64,000 nt of DNA from Chrysomallon squamiferum (lineage: Eukaryota > Animalia > Mollusca): positions 1,736,001 through 1,800,000 of the forward strand of contig CM022669.1 in NCBI GenBank assembly GCA_012295275.1. The letters are read 5' to 3'. Below are positions 29,611-43,100 of this stretch, one piece after another. How positions within the stretch are numbered: the first letter of the stretch is position 1; every line of letters begins with the position of its first letter. The position numbers were made by a program, and so were the translations under genes. Below the pieces are notes generated by a model. It saw only the letters and a list, made by a program, of their open reading frames with translations. It was not told the origin of the DNA and made no database searches.

Positions 29611-31092
29611 AAACATTATTTGATTGTACCAACCAAGATACCCTAGAAAAATAGGAATTGAAACAGCAGTGATAATCATAATAAAGATCTGTCAGAGCAC
29701 ACTAAAGCAGGCTAGTGGAAATAATGAAAATCCTGTATTAAATCCTGAGGTGTATGATGGGCATTTTCGATCCTGCTTAGAGCCATCATTTGGGAGAGTT
29801 CCAGTGGATCAAACCACTGAAGAAATGGCTAACAAAGACATTCAAACACTTGATGTAAATATGGGATTTAACCCGAAACCTTGTGCAGAACAAGAGTACT
29901 GGCACAAATGCTAAGTAGAGAAACATTTCTCTTAGATAGCTCATGAGAGAGGGGCTTGAAAGTTCTAGACAAAATCAGTGACCAAGGATACTTGATGATA
30001 AAGTTTAATTTCAGACTCTTGCCAGTCTAATTAATGGCCAACAGCTGAATCAACACTTTCAGTGAGCATAGGACAACCTTAGGCAATTAGTAATTATTGT
30101 TCCAAAATTGATAAACCACATATTGAGGAATTACAGCAAATGTATTGAGCAGTATGCCATTCATGACACAGATTACACTGCCTAATGACAGTATCTAAAA
30201 ACCCACAAAAAACAAGGCATGGCCAAAGTTTCCAATTCTCTACTTTGACCTCCAAGTTCATCAAATGGGACCACTGTTGTGTGCATCAGCCTGCTTGTTG
30301 CTTCCCCAGACCAGAACTTGAACTCTTAACCCAGAAGCCTGTGTTAATTTATCACACTAAACCAGCCATATCTTGGCCGTTAATTAATGTAACTTTTCCA
30401 TTTAAAAACTGCCTTTAGAAGTTTGTCATCATGTATTTTCCAAAGGGATGGTCAAACATTTCTCTCATAAAATGATTATCACACCACTTAAAAGTATTTG
30501 GGAAATTAATCATTATTATCACAATATCAAAGCCATTTAATATTATAATTGTAGCACAATTAGCATTCAGGATAAAATTAAGCACCAGTTGATCGTCATT
30601 CAGCTGTTCACACAGTGCCAGGCTGTGCACACTTCAGTGATTTACAGCAGACAATGCTTGCTGCCACATACAAAAAGGAAATGCAGTTAAACATTAAAAT
30701 AATTCAATAATTAAATTAATTTTATTATAGTTTATCAAAAAAACCCAAAACAACAGCAATTAATCAATGATAGTATTTAAAAAAATTTCTTCTCCATAGT
30801 TTTGATCTTGTTTGAAAATATTTGTTTCATGAGATTCAACATCTTTGCTGGCATTGTTTGTGTTTGTTTATATCGTTATTTTGTTTTTATGTTGTTTTAA
30901 ATAATGATTTATAACAAAAGATAAAATATATGGGATAACAGCTAGGATCATTTATTGTTTTTGTTTGGTTTACTTTTGTACAATTTGGTTATTATTTGTT
31001 TTATTTTTATTTTTCATCTTTTTATCTATTTCTGTTTTACAAACGAAGGAACTGAAGTTTTTCTTAGGCAGATTTGCCTCTGCACATGGGGC

Positions 31093-31164
31093 ATGCAGCA
31101 CAACAAAATGCCAAAGCCAGGTCTAAGGGGTTTTTTCCCATTTACATCCAAGAGTACAACTGAT
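31093..31164 (+). CDS. RAI14: RAI14-like exon 1 (MQHNKMPKPGLRGFFPFTSKSTTD); start could be either ATG (31093 or 31108)
   Basis: Strong GTAAGT donor at 31165, phase 0, joins the next exon in frame. Acceptor candidates at 31067 and 31071. Confidence 0.6.
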
Positions 31165-34100
31165 GTAAGTTACAATATTCTTTATTTTTTTCTTTCCTTT
31201 TTCATTTTTTTGCTAACATACAGTTTGTTATAAAATTTATAAGATTTTTAGCCAAAGATTAATTTCATTATATCATTTTAATGTTTAGATTTTGCCACTT
31301 CTTTCTTCTGTATTTCCACATATGAAATAATTTAAAATATCAGTCTACAAGAATCCTCAAAAAGGTATTATCATATACTCCAAACAGATTTTCTGTTTGG
31401 GAAATTCAAGGTTGACTCCTAACTATAATTGTAGATCCTGTTATTCTGATTCCAGTAATAAAGAATTGGTTACAAAATTATGATTTAGTTTTGTTTTTGG
31501 TGCTGTTTGGTCACAGTTACTATTTTCAACAAATCCCAGTTTCTGTGATGCCTTTCAGAAGCAAGACAGTCTATGATAAAATTTATTTCATGTGTTGTGA
31601 ATATACATTTTAATGTTTTCCCAGATTTTGTACAGAAGGCTTTTGAACACAGTCCATAGCTAACATTTTGCTGAGAAGTGATGTGCCTATATAACTTTGA
31701 TGATTTATTAACCTAGGTGGAGGCACAATCATAACCAGCTCTGATATTTCAACACAGATTTATTCATTTTTTTCGGTGTTATTTATGCAATTAAATTTTT
31801 CTTACCAAGTACTCTCAAAATTAAGGAGGTTGCTTTAAGCTTCAGTTTTAAAAGATGAAATACTGCTTTTTCCAATGATATATTTTGAAAGAGATCTTTT
31901 GCTCGGAAAGAGATGAAGTTTTTATCAAGCTATCCTGCTTTTGGGGGAGCAAATACTTTTATATTGGATGTACAAATGAGGTTAAGAGATTGAACTTAGT
32001 TTGGTCAAGTTTAGCTGTAGAAAGAAAGCTTGTAGATTTAACCCTGGGATCATGAACCATATTTGCGATACATAATTGTAGATAATACATGTATAAGGTC
32101 TGTCTGTATAAGTGTGTTGCATATATATTGATACGATTGTGAAATGTGATGTTACCTTAAAATATGTATTGGGCTTTTATTACAAAAATGTAGAATTCTA
32201 ATTTATTTCAGTTGTCAGAATGGAATAAAAATGATGATAAGTTACTCAAGGCTGTTGAAGCTGGTGATGTGAAAAAAGTTAACTCAATACTCACAAAGAA
32301 AACGCTTGTACTAACAAAACTAGGACCACGTGGACACAATGTGTAAGTATTTAAACATATTTTATCATTGCTTATTATTAATAAATAAAATTATTCTAAA
32401 TTAGTTATTTATATTACTTGAGATGCTTTTGGCTATGATGCATTTCCATTTGGTTTTCTAAATTCAAGTTTATTTATTTATAGTTACAATAATTATGAAC
32501 GTTTTAAAAACTATTATATATTTTTAAAATAGCACTTTATTCATATTCAGTAATGTGGATGAAGTAAAGTTCAGTTTAATACAACATGATTAATAATATG
32601 TGTCTTGAATATACATAGTATGTATGTATTCTATAAAAGCAACTTTTTCTGTGTCATTCCATGTCAATTCACCTACTGGTTATAACTTCACCAAATATTT
32701 ACTTGAATGTACTGCCTTTCAAACTTTAGACCCCTGATATGTAAGCAACTGGTGGGCACATCTTTGTTATGTTGGTGTTGCTGGAAATGCAAATATGCAA
32801 CAATTTTTTTAAATAGGACCAATTTGAGAAATCATAAGCTTTGGATCTTATTTAGTTACAGGTATAGTCCAGGATATTAGTAATAGCATATAAAAATCTG
32901 GGGATGTAATACTCATTATAAACAGTAAATACACAAGCATATGTATTACCTAATGCAGTAATGTATGTTTTATATGCTGGATTCTAACCCTTGGAGATTG
33001 GTCTTTTTAAACCAACATAGAAAATAACAGATTCTAATATAAGTCTTAAACATTGCAAGGCTATGGATATAGATATAAAATTATTTACTTTCAAAATAAC
33101 TGAAATAAAGCTTAATTGTGACCTAGGAGTTAATAATGATAAGTCTAAATTTATAAGTATTTTGTCCTCAGGCTAGATATTCTATTACTCGTAGTAATGG
33201 GGATTTCATAGCTTCCTTAAAGGAATTGTCATCATTTCAGCTTTGGCAATCTTTACCATATTATAGTGACAGCACAATGGAAAAAAGAATAGATTGATTA
33301 TGGAGTGTGAATCATAATGCACTGGTTTTCAGAAACAGTTTATTACCAGTTTCAGTATTTATATTTTGATTGAATATTGGAAAACAAGTCTTGGTAGCAT
33401 TTAACACTGTTTATTATGTGCAAAAAATACATTATTGCCACAGGAATACATATTTTGTGTTTTATAACATTAGGAGTTATAATTTTAACTAAAGATAGGT
33501 TAAAGGTTATGCAGTTTATAAGGTAAAACAAAAGTTAAAAGGTTATGAAACCTTAAAATGGTTCTATGTAAAAAAAAATAATTGTAGATTTGGATTCATT
33601 GTAGAATTCTCCAACAAAATTAACTTTATGAAAAACCAGCCTACTGGTTGCTGAAATAATGTGGTCTAAAGATGACCGATTTGACTTTATGTTGAAAGGC
33701 CATATTTTGAAAAGGAATGGTCCACTAAAAACTTGAAATTTAATATTTGAGGCCAAATCAACACAAACATCAATTTTCATCAAACTCTGAATCAGTCAGA
33801 TTACAACTTTATATTTTCCTGGGTGATATGACACATAATGTGCTTGAAGTATGATTTGATACTGGATCAGTTCTTCTCATTGACTTATTTGGCATATTTC
33901 CATTTCCAGCCAGAATTCAGTGATAAGGATTCCAAAGGATTTGGTTTAAATTTTGTGAGAAGGTGCTTATAAAAGATCAGTTAACATAAACCAACTACAG
34001 ATTAGCCATATTTTTCCACTCTTATACTACAGCTATGTGTTTAGGAAGAATTTGTAAATAAAATAACAAAATAAAAATAATTGTTGACTTACTCCTGTCT

Positions 34101-37100
34101 GACTTTGTGACTGCACGTCTTAGGGTAATGCTGTGGCTAAAGATAGGTTCATGCTTCCCTGCTGGCACTGATAGGCAGGTACTTGGCATACTGTTGAGAT
34201 TGTGTTTATTTTTAGATAACTTTCCTCAATCTCGCCATTCAGTGGCGCATTTCATATGTGATTTTTAACAACTAGCAGGTCATATTTTGCATGTTCATAT
34301 TTTACTCCACTTATTGCAATCGACCATTGTTCTCTCTGTCCATAGTCCCTGTATTCTGCTATTATTCAGTTCTATGAATTAAGGACGAGATAACATGATC
34401 ACATACTGTATTATATTTACAATAATATGAATTCTGTAAATAGAAATGTCTGATTTACAAACAAATCAATTTACTTCCATTTGGAACATAACTGTAAGTT
34501 GACAACAGTCTGCATTAAAATGCGTTGTATAATGTAACAAATTACTAAATTATTGAATGACCCTGGTAATTGGATTTTTCTTTCAGCTTCCATATTGCAT
34601 GTGCAATGGGAAATGAACAGGTGGTTGAAAGATTGCTCAAATACAGTAATGATGTTAGTCATCCTACGATACAGGGTTAGTTGTTTATTTATAAAACATT
34701 TCAGATCATTATAATGTTTATGTGTGTTTTTTTAAAATATTGATTTTAGTTAAAATGTGAAAAGTTCAAGCTGTAACTTTGTATTCTGACTGGAAATTAG
34801 ACAAATTAGACTGCAAAATATTGGCATTCTACCTAAATTACAAATAAATCCTATTAAAATGAAGTATCTGATGAGAAAATTGTAATTAAAGTTAAAAGAA
34901 AAGAAAATTATCTATTTTTTAATAATGAAAAACACTGATTATGGATAAGGTTATACAAAAGTAAGTATTTATTCTTCTTCCTTATAGGGAAACATTTAAT
35001 GTATTCTCACAAACTTGTTACAGTTGGCAAAAGCATGAACAAACTTTCTGTTTACTGATAAAGTTTAATTTTTGAAGATGTTATTTTGTTCTGCTGTATT
35101 ATTTTGTTAAATGTCAAGTTATTATATCTCTTTGATTTGGTTTACTCTAATTTAATGTCTCTTCAACTGAAAAGTTATTCATTGATATTTTAAATAAACT
35201 CTTCATGCAGAATAACACTGAATGGAACATTGTTGAGCAAATATGTCTTCACTGTCAGGTGAAAAACAGTTGAATGAAGTGAAAAGTCATCAGACCCCCA
35301 AAAATATAATAAAAATGTGTTAATTAAAATATCATTGGGTGCAACACTGACAAAAGAATATTATCAAACAGTCTTTGAAGATGGCTATAATTGCTTCATA
35401 TAGAACAAATTTTAAGGAAAAGGACAAAAATATTGTGGTTTTATTTTCTTCTATACTGAGAATTGCATGGATAATGGTTTAAATGGTACTAATGATTTTA
35501 AAAAAATGATACCTAGGGCTTTGTCATTTAAAAAATTGTCCTGGAGACAAACCCAGGTTTTTGAGGCCTCTCCTCTATAGTTAACAGAGAGGACCCAGTA
35601 ACATTTTCAACAAGTCTAACAACAACATTCAGACATTTTCTTTGTATAATTTATTAAGAGGCTTATTTTCAGTTGCCATGATAGCAGGTCATTCTAGCTG
35701 TTTTTGTGCCATTGTCAGGTGTATATATTGTTTAGATTTATTAGTTATTATTAAATACAAATAAATCCATTTTGCTGTTTCAGAATCAGAGAATGAATAA
35801 GTAATTTTTTTTTTCTTACAAGATATCACCTGCCCGTAGTGTTTCATGCTTATGCTTGAATTCATCAAATAGCCTATAAGTGTTCCTGGAGTAATGAATT
35901 CTGGCACATGATTGGCTTGATGTCATAAAAGTAAATTCTCCAAAATGTGTCTGCTGCTGTTGAAATGTATTTATTGTCCTCTGGTGGAAGTTCAGCCAGG
36001 AAACCAAATATCATAGTATGGGAAAATAGTTATTTAATATAGTAAATATTTACAGCATGTAATCGTTAATGAAATTTTAGAATTTAGTATTATTATTATT
36101 ATTATTTTATATTATTGATGAATAATTATAAAGCTTAATTTAATGAATTGTATTTCTAGGAACAACTGCACTTCAGTTGGCAGCAGCTAAAGGTCACACC
36201 AGTGTAGTCCACCAACTTCTTCAGGTAAAACAAAACATTTAGAAAATTTATACTGAACAGAAAACACAAAAACTTTGTTTTCATTATTATTTTTACCTTT
36301 TTTTAACGTGTGTAATTATTACATTTTTTATTTTTTATTTATTTATTATCGTTATGATAAAGATAGTATTATTTATTTAAAATTTTTATTTTTTGTGTTT
36401 CTTGCAGGCTAATGCTGAAGTGGACATGCAAGACAGTAACAACATGACAGCATTACATCATGCCTGTGCTGGGCTGCATTTAGAGTGTGTTCAGGTTCTC
36501 CTATCTGGTAATGCCAGTCCTCATACCAAAGAAACAGTAAGTTGTGTGAAATATTTTTGTCTGTTTTTGTTTTATTTTAATATACATTTCTTGAGTATAC
36601 AGTAATAAACAACTTATTATTAAAATATACATTGCATTTCACCACCATTTTTATTTTTAAAAATTTTATAATTATTTTATAAAAAAGTTATTTAAATTGA
36701 ATTTAATTTTATAATGCATATAATTAAAATTTATGTAGTGAATGTATAATTTAAAAAGAATTTTGTTTTCTGCAGACTGGAAAAACACCATTATTTTATG
36801 CTGCTCATCGAGGTGATGTTGCTATTTGCAAATGGCTGGTTGACAAAGGTGCCGATGTCAATGCTTCTGATATGTATCAGATGTTAGTAACTTATTTATA
36901 TTTATTATTATTAGTAGTAGTAGTAGTAATTATTGTAGAAAATGCTATTATATATATCTGCTTCAAATTTCCTGTAACTATAGCATATTATGGTGGTAGT
37001 GTTGAGAACATTTTTATAAATTTTCATAGGTCTTAAAATTGATAATAAGACTTAATGTTAGAAAACAAAATGTCCTTCATGCTGTACTCAGTGATAATAA

Positions 37101-40100
37101 ATGTCAGACATTCTTTGGTTTTATTGATTAATCGTTCCCACATAAACATAATTTACAAATGGTACCTGTTGACAAAACTGTTATTAATGTTATTGATGCC
37201 ATGTTCCCAGTCTAGCAAAAAAGTGCATTTTCCTCACTTCATATATATGTATATGCATGTTACAAATTAAATAATATAAACTTACTGATGTACAAAAAAG
37301 AAGGAAAACATTTTAACAAAACCGTATACCTCATATGTTTTATTTGTTATTTCTATAAAAAATATAAATATAAATAAATATATTTCAGGACATCACTAAT
37401 AGTTGCTTCTAAAGAAGGACACAAGGAAGTGGTTGAGTTTCTGCTGAAAAAAGGAGCCATTCCTGACCATCAAGACAAAGAAGGTTTATTTCAGATCTTC
37501 TAATTAAGTTACTTAGTTTGGTTTATTTATTGACTTAATTAGCTTTTACAGTTTTTATTGTTATTTCTTTTATTTATTTCTTTTTTTTTTTTTTTTTTTT
37601 GCATTTCTAGTCTAATTTTTTTCAAAGTGTTTTGAAAACATAATTCAGATATTTCAGTTTGATTTATTATTATTATTACTGTACATATACATATATATCA
37701 AAAATCCCTTATTTGAAATGCTCGGGACTGGAAGTTCCTGATTTCAGAATTTTTCAAATAATAATAAGAAAGTAGCCTGAGAACAGGATCTAAGTCTAAA
37801 TGTGAATTCCATTTATATTTCATGTACAGTTTATGTAAATAGTCTGCAGAATTGTTTTAAGTAATATTTTTTAATAATTTTGAGTTTAAAATAAAGTTTG
37901 TACAAGTTAAACAATGATGATGTCACTATTTGGGACAAAAGCTCCTTGACCTGTATTTGAAATACAGTATCTCTCTGCAGGTCGAAGTGCTCTGAACTAT
38001 GCTTTGATTGCCGGACACCACTTCATGAAAGAAGTGTTTGCTAAAGCACCAACACGAGCATCATGGGATGTTGACCCCAGTAACAGTATGTATGAGACAT
38101 AGAAATGATCATGTTCCACTATTTAAAAAAAACATTTCTTCAGCTATTTAATATATCTTCAAACACGCCATTATGCCATATGTTAACTGACTCATCTAAC
38201 ATCACAAGACATTCCCCAAAGAACAACACATCTCCACATCACAAGATCTCGCCCAAAGACCCACACATCTCCACATCACAAGACATCACCCAAATACCCA
38301 TACATTTCCACATTACCAGACATCACCCAAATACCCATACACCTCCACATCACCAGACATCACCCAAATACCCATACATTTCCACATCACCAGACATCAC
38401 CCAAACACCCACTCATTCCATACACCTTCAAAGACATCCATACATTTTGGTTTTCTTCAGCATCAGACAAATGGCCTTATTGTTTTTAAAATTTTTAAAT
38501 TGGTTTCTTATATATAATGTCAAATATATGTCATGGCTATTTAAATCTGAATTTGATTTCAGAATCAAGTACAATAGTAGTAGAAGATAGAAATTCTATA
38601 CAGAGTGAACCAGAACCTGAAATGACAAATCAGGTAGTAATTTTTAAAACAAATATTTTTCATTTAATTACTGAACAGTTAAAATTATGCAAGCAAAGAT
38701 TTGTATTATGATACATCTAAAATTCACTATCACTATTTAAAATATTTTTGATAATAATTCATTGAATTGATTTCATGACTCACCCAAAGCTAATACCTTT
38801 TTTTCAGGCCAGTATAGGCTAGTGTTAATTTTTAATAAGACTAAAATGTTAATTAATAAAAGAAAATTAACATCACTACAAATTATAGCACTTATGTCAC
38901 AGTGTTAAGTTATCAGGATTTGTCATATGAATGTCTTTTAATTATAATTGTTACTGATTTTATTTTTCATAGTTAGCACAATAATTGAGGTGTTGATTTA
39001 TTCATTCAGGTAGATGTGGTAAATACATTTAGCAATAACTCACCAACCCTTAATCACAAAGATATTGCAGAAAATAAAGAAAATCAAGAAACTGACCTCC
39101 TGATTTCTGCTGAGGTAGTTGAGATTTGTATTTTGCATTAAATTTGAAATAATGAAAATCTGTGAAGAGATGGATAAGTTGATTTTTTTCTTTCCACTAA
39201 GATCTGATTTATGTTCCAGAATGAATTCTTCTTAATAATTTTGTTCTTTGATATCATGATTGTGTGTGTGTGTGTGTTCATCTTGTAAATAAAAAAGCAA
39301 GCTTCTTTTGAAAGATTTACAGTAAACAGAAATGTCATCTTTGATATTCATGAGGTTAACAAACTTTGATTTATGTTAACCTTTACTTGTTTCAATAGTA
39401 GCTCACTAATCAATCGGATAATTAAATATTCATACACAGATCTTCAGACACGTGGTATGTAACATTCTGTCACTTGAACAGATGACCTATTTAATGCTTT
39501 AAGTTTTGATTTTATGTTTTATTCTGTGTTTTTTCGTGGTTGTCTATTGGTGCTTTTTTGTTTTAGATGAAAACTAACAAGAATATAGAAATTTGAGATA
39601 GATGTTATTATTCATTTAGTCTTCTCACTTAACAGTGTAACTCATCTTACTTTCAGGAGAATATAGATTAATAAATTTAACTGTGCTAATAGTATAAAGG
39701 GGCCTCTAGACACTACTCTGTATTATTACATTCTTTTATGTATATTGTTATTCACTTTTGTATACTGGTTTCAGCCAAACCATACAGACAGTAAAAAAAA
39801 GTGTGTGACATCTGAAAATGCAGAACATTTCCTAAATTACAAGAAAACTAAACAAGCACTGAAGGTAAAGTATTTTGGTACCATCCGTTGCCTTTTTTGT
39901 TCAGAAATCTTTCTTCTTAAAGTTAATTAATTTGATACTTTTTCATTAAATAAATTATTCAAATGTATATTTAAGAATTTCAAATTGTTTATGTAATAAC
40001 ATATAATTCCAATATTTTTCCTTTTATGTTATTTATTTATTTATTTTATTTATTTTTTCTATGTAGAACTAATTAAATGATTTTGGTATCATCATTAGTT

Positions 40101-43100
40101 GATAATACAAAAATTAATTTGTGTCCTCTAGTGGTTTCACTAAACAAAATATTTTTTTTGGACTAAGAAAGATTTATAGACATTGCAGGTTTTCATTCAC
40201 AGCTATTTTGCATTTTGCTTTATTAGTTCACAGCCAGGAGCCTGGCAAATTACATAGATGCACACGTGACACACACACACACACACACATACACACACAT
40301 ACACACATACACATTGCAGTTGTAATTAACTAATTAAAAATATCATTGTTTGCAATTCAGAATAAAATTTATTTTGTCAGATGGACTTGGAGAGTAAAAT
40401 GGCTAATTTATGTTTAACAAAGTGGAAAAGCAAACAGACGTTTCATGTGGATATAATTGATATTTTAGGATTTGGAGGAGGAACATGAGCAGTTGAATGA
40501 AGAACTACACAACATGTCCTTGGAGAAGATGAAACTTCAGGACAGAGTTGAGTTTCTTACCAAGAAAATGGAACACAGAACAGAGGTGGAAATTTTAATA
40601 TTTGTAGATAAGATTTTAATTATTTGTTCTGTTATTCATTTGTTTTATCTTTATTTCTTTCAGACTTTTGATTTAATGATTTTTTAATTGATTTTTATTT
40701 CATATTCTTATCACTGCCATATAAATTTAGGAAGAAGGCAAACTCTGTATAGCTTCTGTTTTTGTTTTTAATTCAGTCACTTTCTTTCTGCTTGTTACTT
40801 TTTGTATTGCTTTGTCTCATTGTTAACAAAATGGTTTATGTTTTATATTTTAATGAACACTTTTGAATTTCAGGACCAAGAAAGAGAAGAACAGGTTCAG
40901 CAAGATCTTAATGAAGAGGTCTCTTATTATTTTGATACAATAGCTTTGAACACAGTACTCTGATAAACTTTATTATTGTTAAAAACTTCATGTAATTATC
41001 ATAAAGGAAAGAATAATGAAATTTTTAATTATTTTTTTTATTTATTTTAAATTTAATTACAACTCAGAAGTATCATATATTCTTTAGAAAAAGAAACTTG
41101 ACATTGATTTTCAAAGTTTAATAAATAAAACTAATATGCACAAGCATGGAAAGATTAACATGCATTGGGAAGGGACTCACTTTGTACAGTACATCAGGGA
41201 ATCCTTGTGAAATGTGACAATGGAGTGGTAAGATGTTGATACCTATTATGACCATCACAAGCGAAATGACAGCTTGACAACAGCAGTGCATGGAAAGAAT
41301 CTGAAGTTGCACAATATATTGTTGAATGTTCTGAACGTATGCTGCTTTGATATAAAAATCTGCAAAATATTTAGTGGTGGGGAATTCTTTATTGCAACCC
41401 AAAGATGTTCTGTTAGCTTTTTTCAATTTTTATAAAATCTGGTAGCCCTAACAAAAAACTGGTAGTGACATAATAAATTTTAAGGGCATGTGTGGTGAAA
41501 ATAAAAAATTGTTATTTTTTATGTTACAGAATTGAAATTTGATGGAAATAATACCCTTTTGCTACCATAAAAAAGTAGTACTAGTTTATTTTTTTATGAC
41601 ATATATATGTATATCATTTTATCTGCTATGGTTCATCATAGATATGTATTTCTTCAAAATAACAAAGAAGTAATTTTAAAAAGTAATAATATGTTTTTCA
41701 TTTGTATTTGTAAGATTTTGTATGTTTGTTTTTAAATATATATATATATTCCAAATTTGGATAGTTTTCATACAGCATTTTGTCAAAAATGTTAGGATGG
41801 TACAAAAAAAGTAATAGGTGATAAAGACAAAAAAATTAAGTTTTATAAACGATATATCCACTTGTTGTGGCTATAGGGTGATGTTATGCGTCATTATTAT
41901 GTAATTTTTTGCAAAAATCTTGAAACATTTGTATGAAAAATTAATTTTTTATGTACATTTTCAAAACAGAAAAATTGTTTTTGTTTTTGACATGATTTAT
42001 TCAAATTTTGTCATTTATGGCCTAGTGTGTCCACTTAAGAAGAAGAAAGAAGAAAAAAAAAGAAAACAAATTAAAATTATTTATTTAGAATACTTTTATC
42101 CTGATTAATTTGAGTACCAAAAAATTATTTAGACTTAAATATAAATATCATGAGCACAATATTGGAATAGGACTGACTTCATTTCCTTATTACCTTTGAT
42201 AAGTTCAACCTCTGATATGAGATCCACTACATTCATGTGTTCAGTTCTTGAAAATTTATGATGCATGGTTCTTTGAGGATAGTGTTTTTGCATGTTTCCT
42301 AGTGTTTTTTTCACTTCCATTCATTCACTGACTTGATTATCTTTACAATGTTTATGATTCTATAAAGAATAATCCGCTAACATTATTTTTACCAATGTCA
42401 AGTTTCTTTTTTTCTTCTTTTATTTCTTTTTTTTTGTTTTTTTGAACATTGAACTTCTTAAAACACAGCTTTTACATTTTTTTTATCAGTTTATTTAAAA
42501 GTAAATGATTTTTTGTTTTCACATGTTTTAACCTATTTATTAGATAAAAAATTTGCGAAATCTCTTGGAAGAGGAACAGGAGAGATCAAGAGATCTATCT
42601 TTGCGACTGCTTCACAGCTCAAACAAAGACGCACAAGTGATTTTAGCTTGTAGCAGGAAAAAAAATGATATAATACAGGTAATTATTTAAAATTTATTCA
42701 TTTATCTTTCTTTGACATGAGAGGTATGAGATTTTCAAATTTATGTATTTTGATAAATAATGACAATTGGTCTCTTGGCTGGGAACAGCTTTTATAATAT
42801 TTATCTGACATTCATATCAAATATTTATGGATTATTATATCAAAAATACGGATATGCTTGCTATAAGTTTCTGTTCCTAACACATAAACTGAGTTTAATA
42901 CAAAGTAAATTACCTCACCATTGCTGAATGAGGAAAACATCATCTAGTTTCATGGAATAATATATATACATTTTTTTTTTTCTTGTTTTTCAGGATACAA
43001 ACAATCAAGATGTTCAAAGTGAACCAGTTACAAGAGACAGCTGGGGAGACAGTGATGATGAATTTGATATTTTTGGTAAATAGGAGAAATTTCTAAACTT

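Noticed and set aside
29624-29914. 96-aa plus-strand ORF
   Set aside because: Non-ATG start, no homology recognised, adjacent and antisense to a Tc1 fossil.
38199-38449. CRISPR-like repeat array (37-bp unit)
   Set aside because: Units are contiguous with no spacers, the context is a eukaryotic intron, and there are no cas genes.
38105-38590. 161-aa H/P/T/S-rich ORF
   Set aside because: Generated by the 37-bp minisatellite (unit not a multiple of 3) inside an intron.
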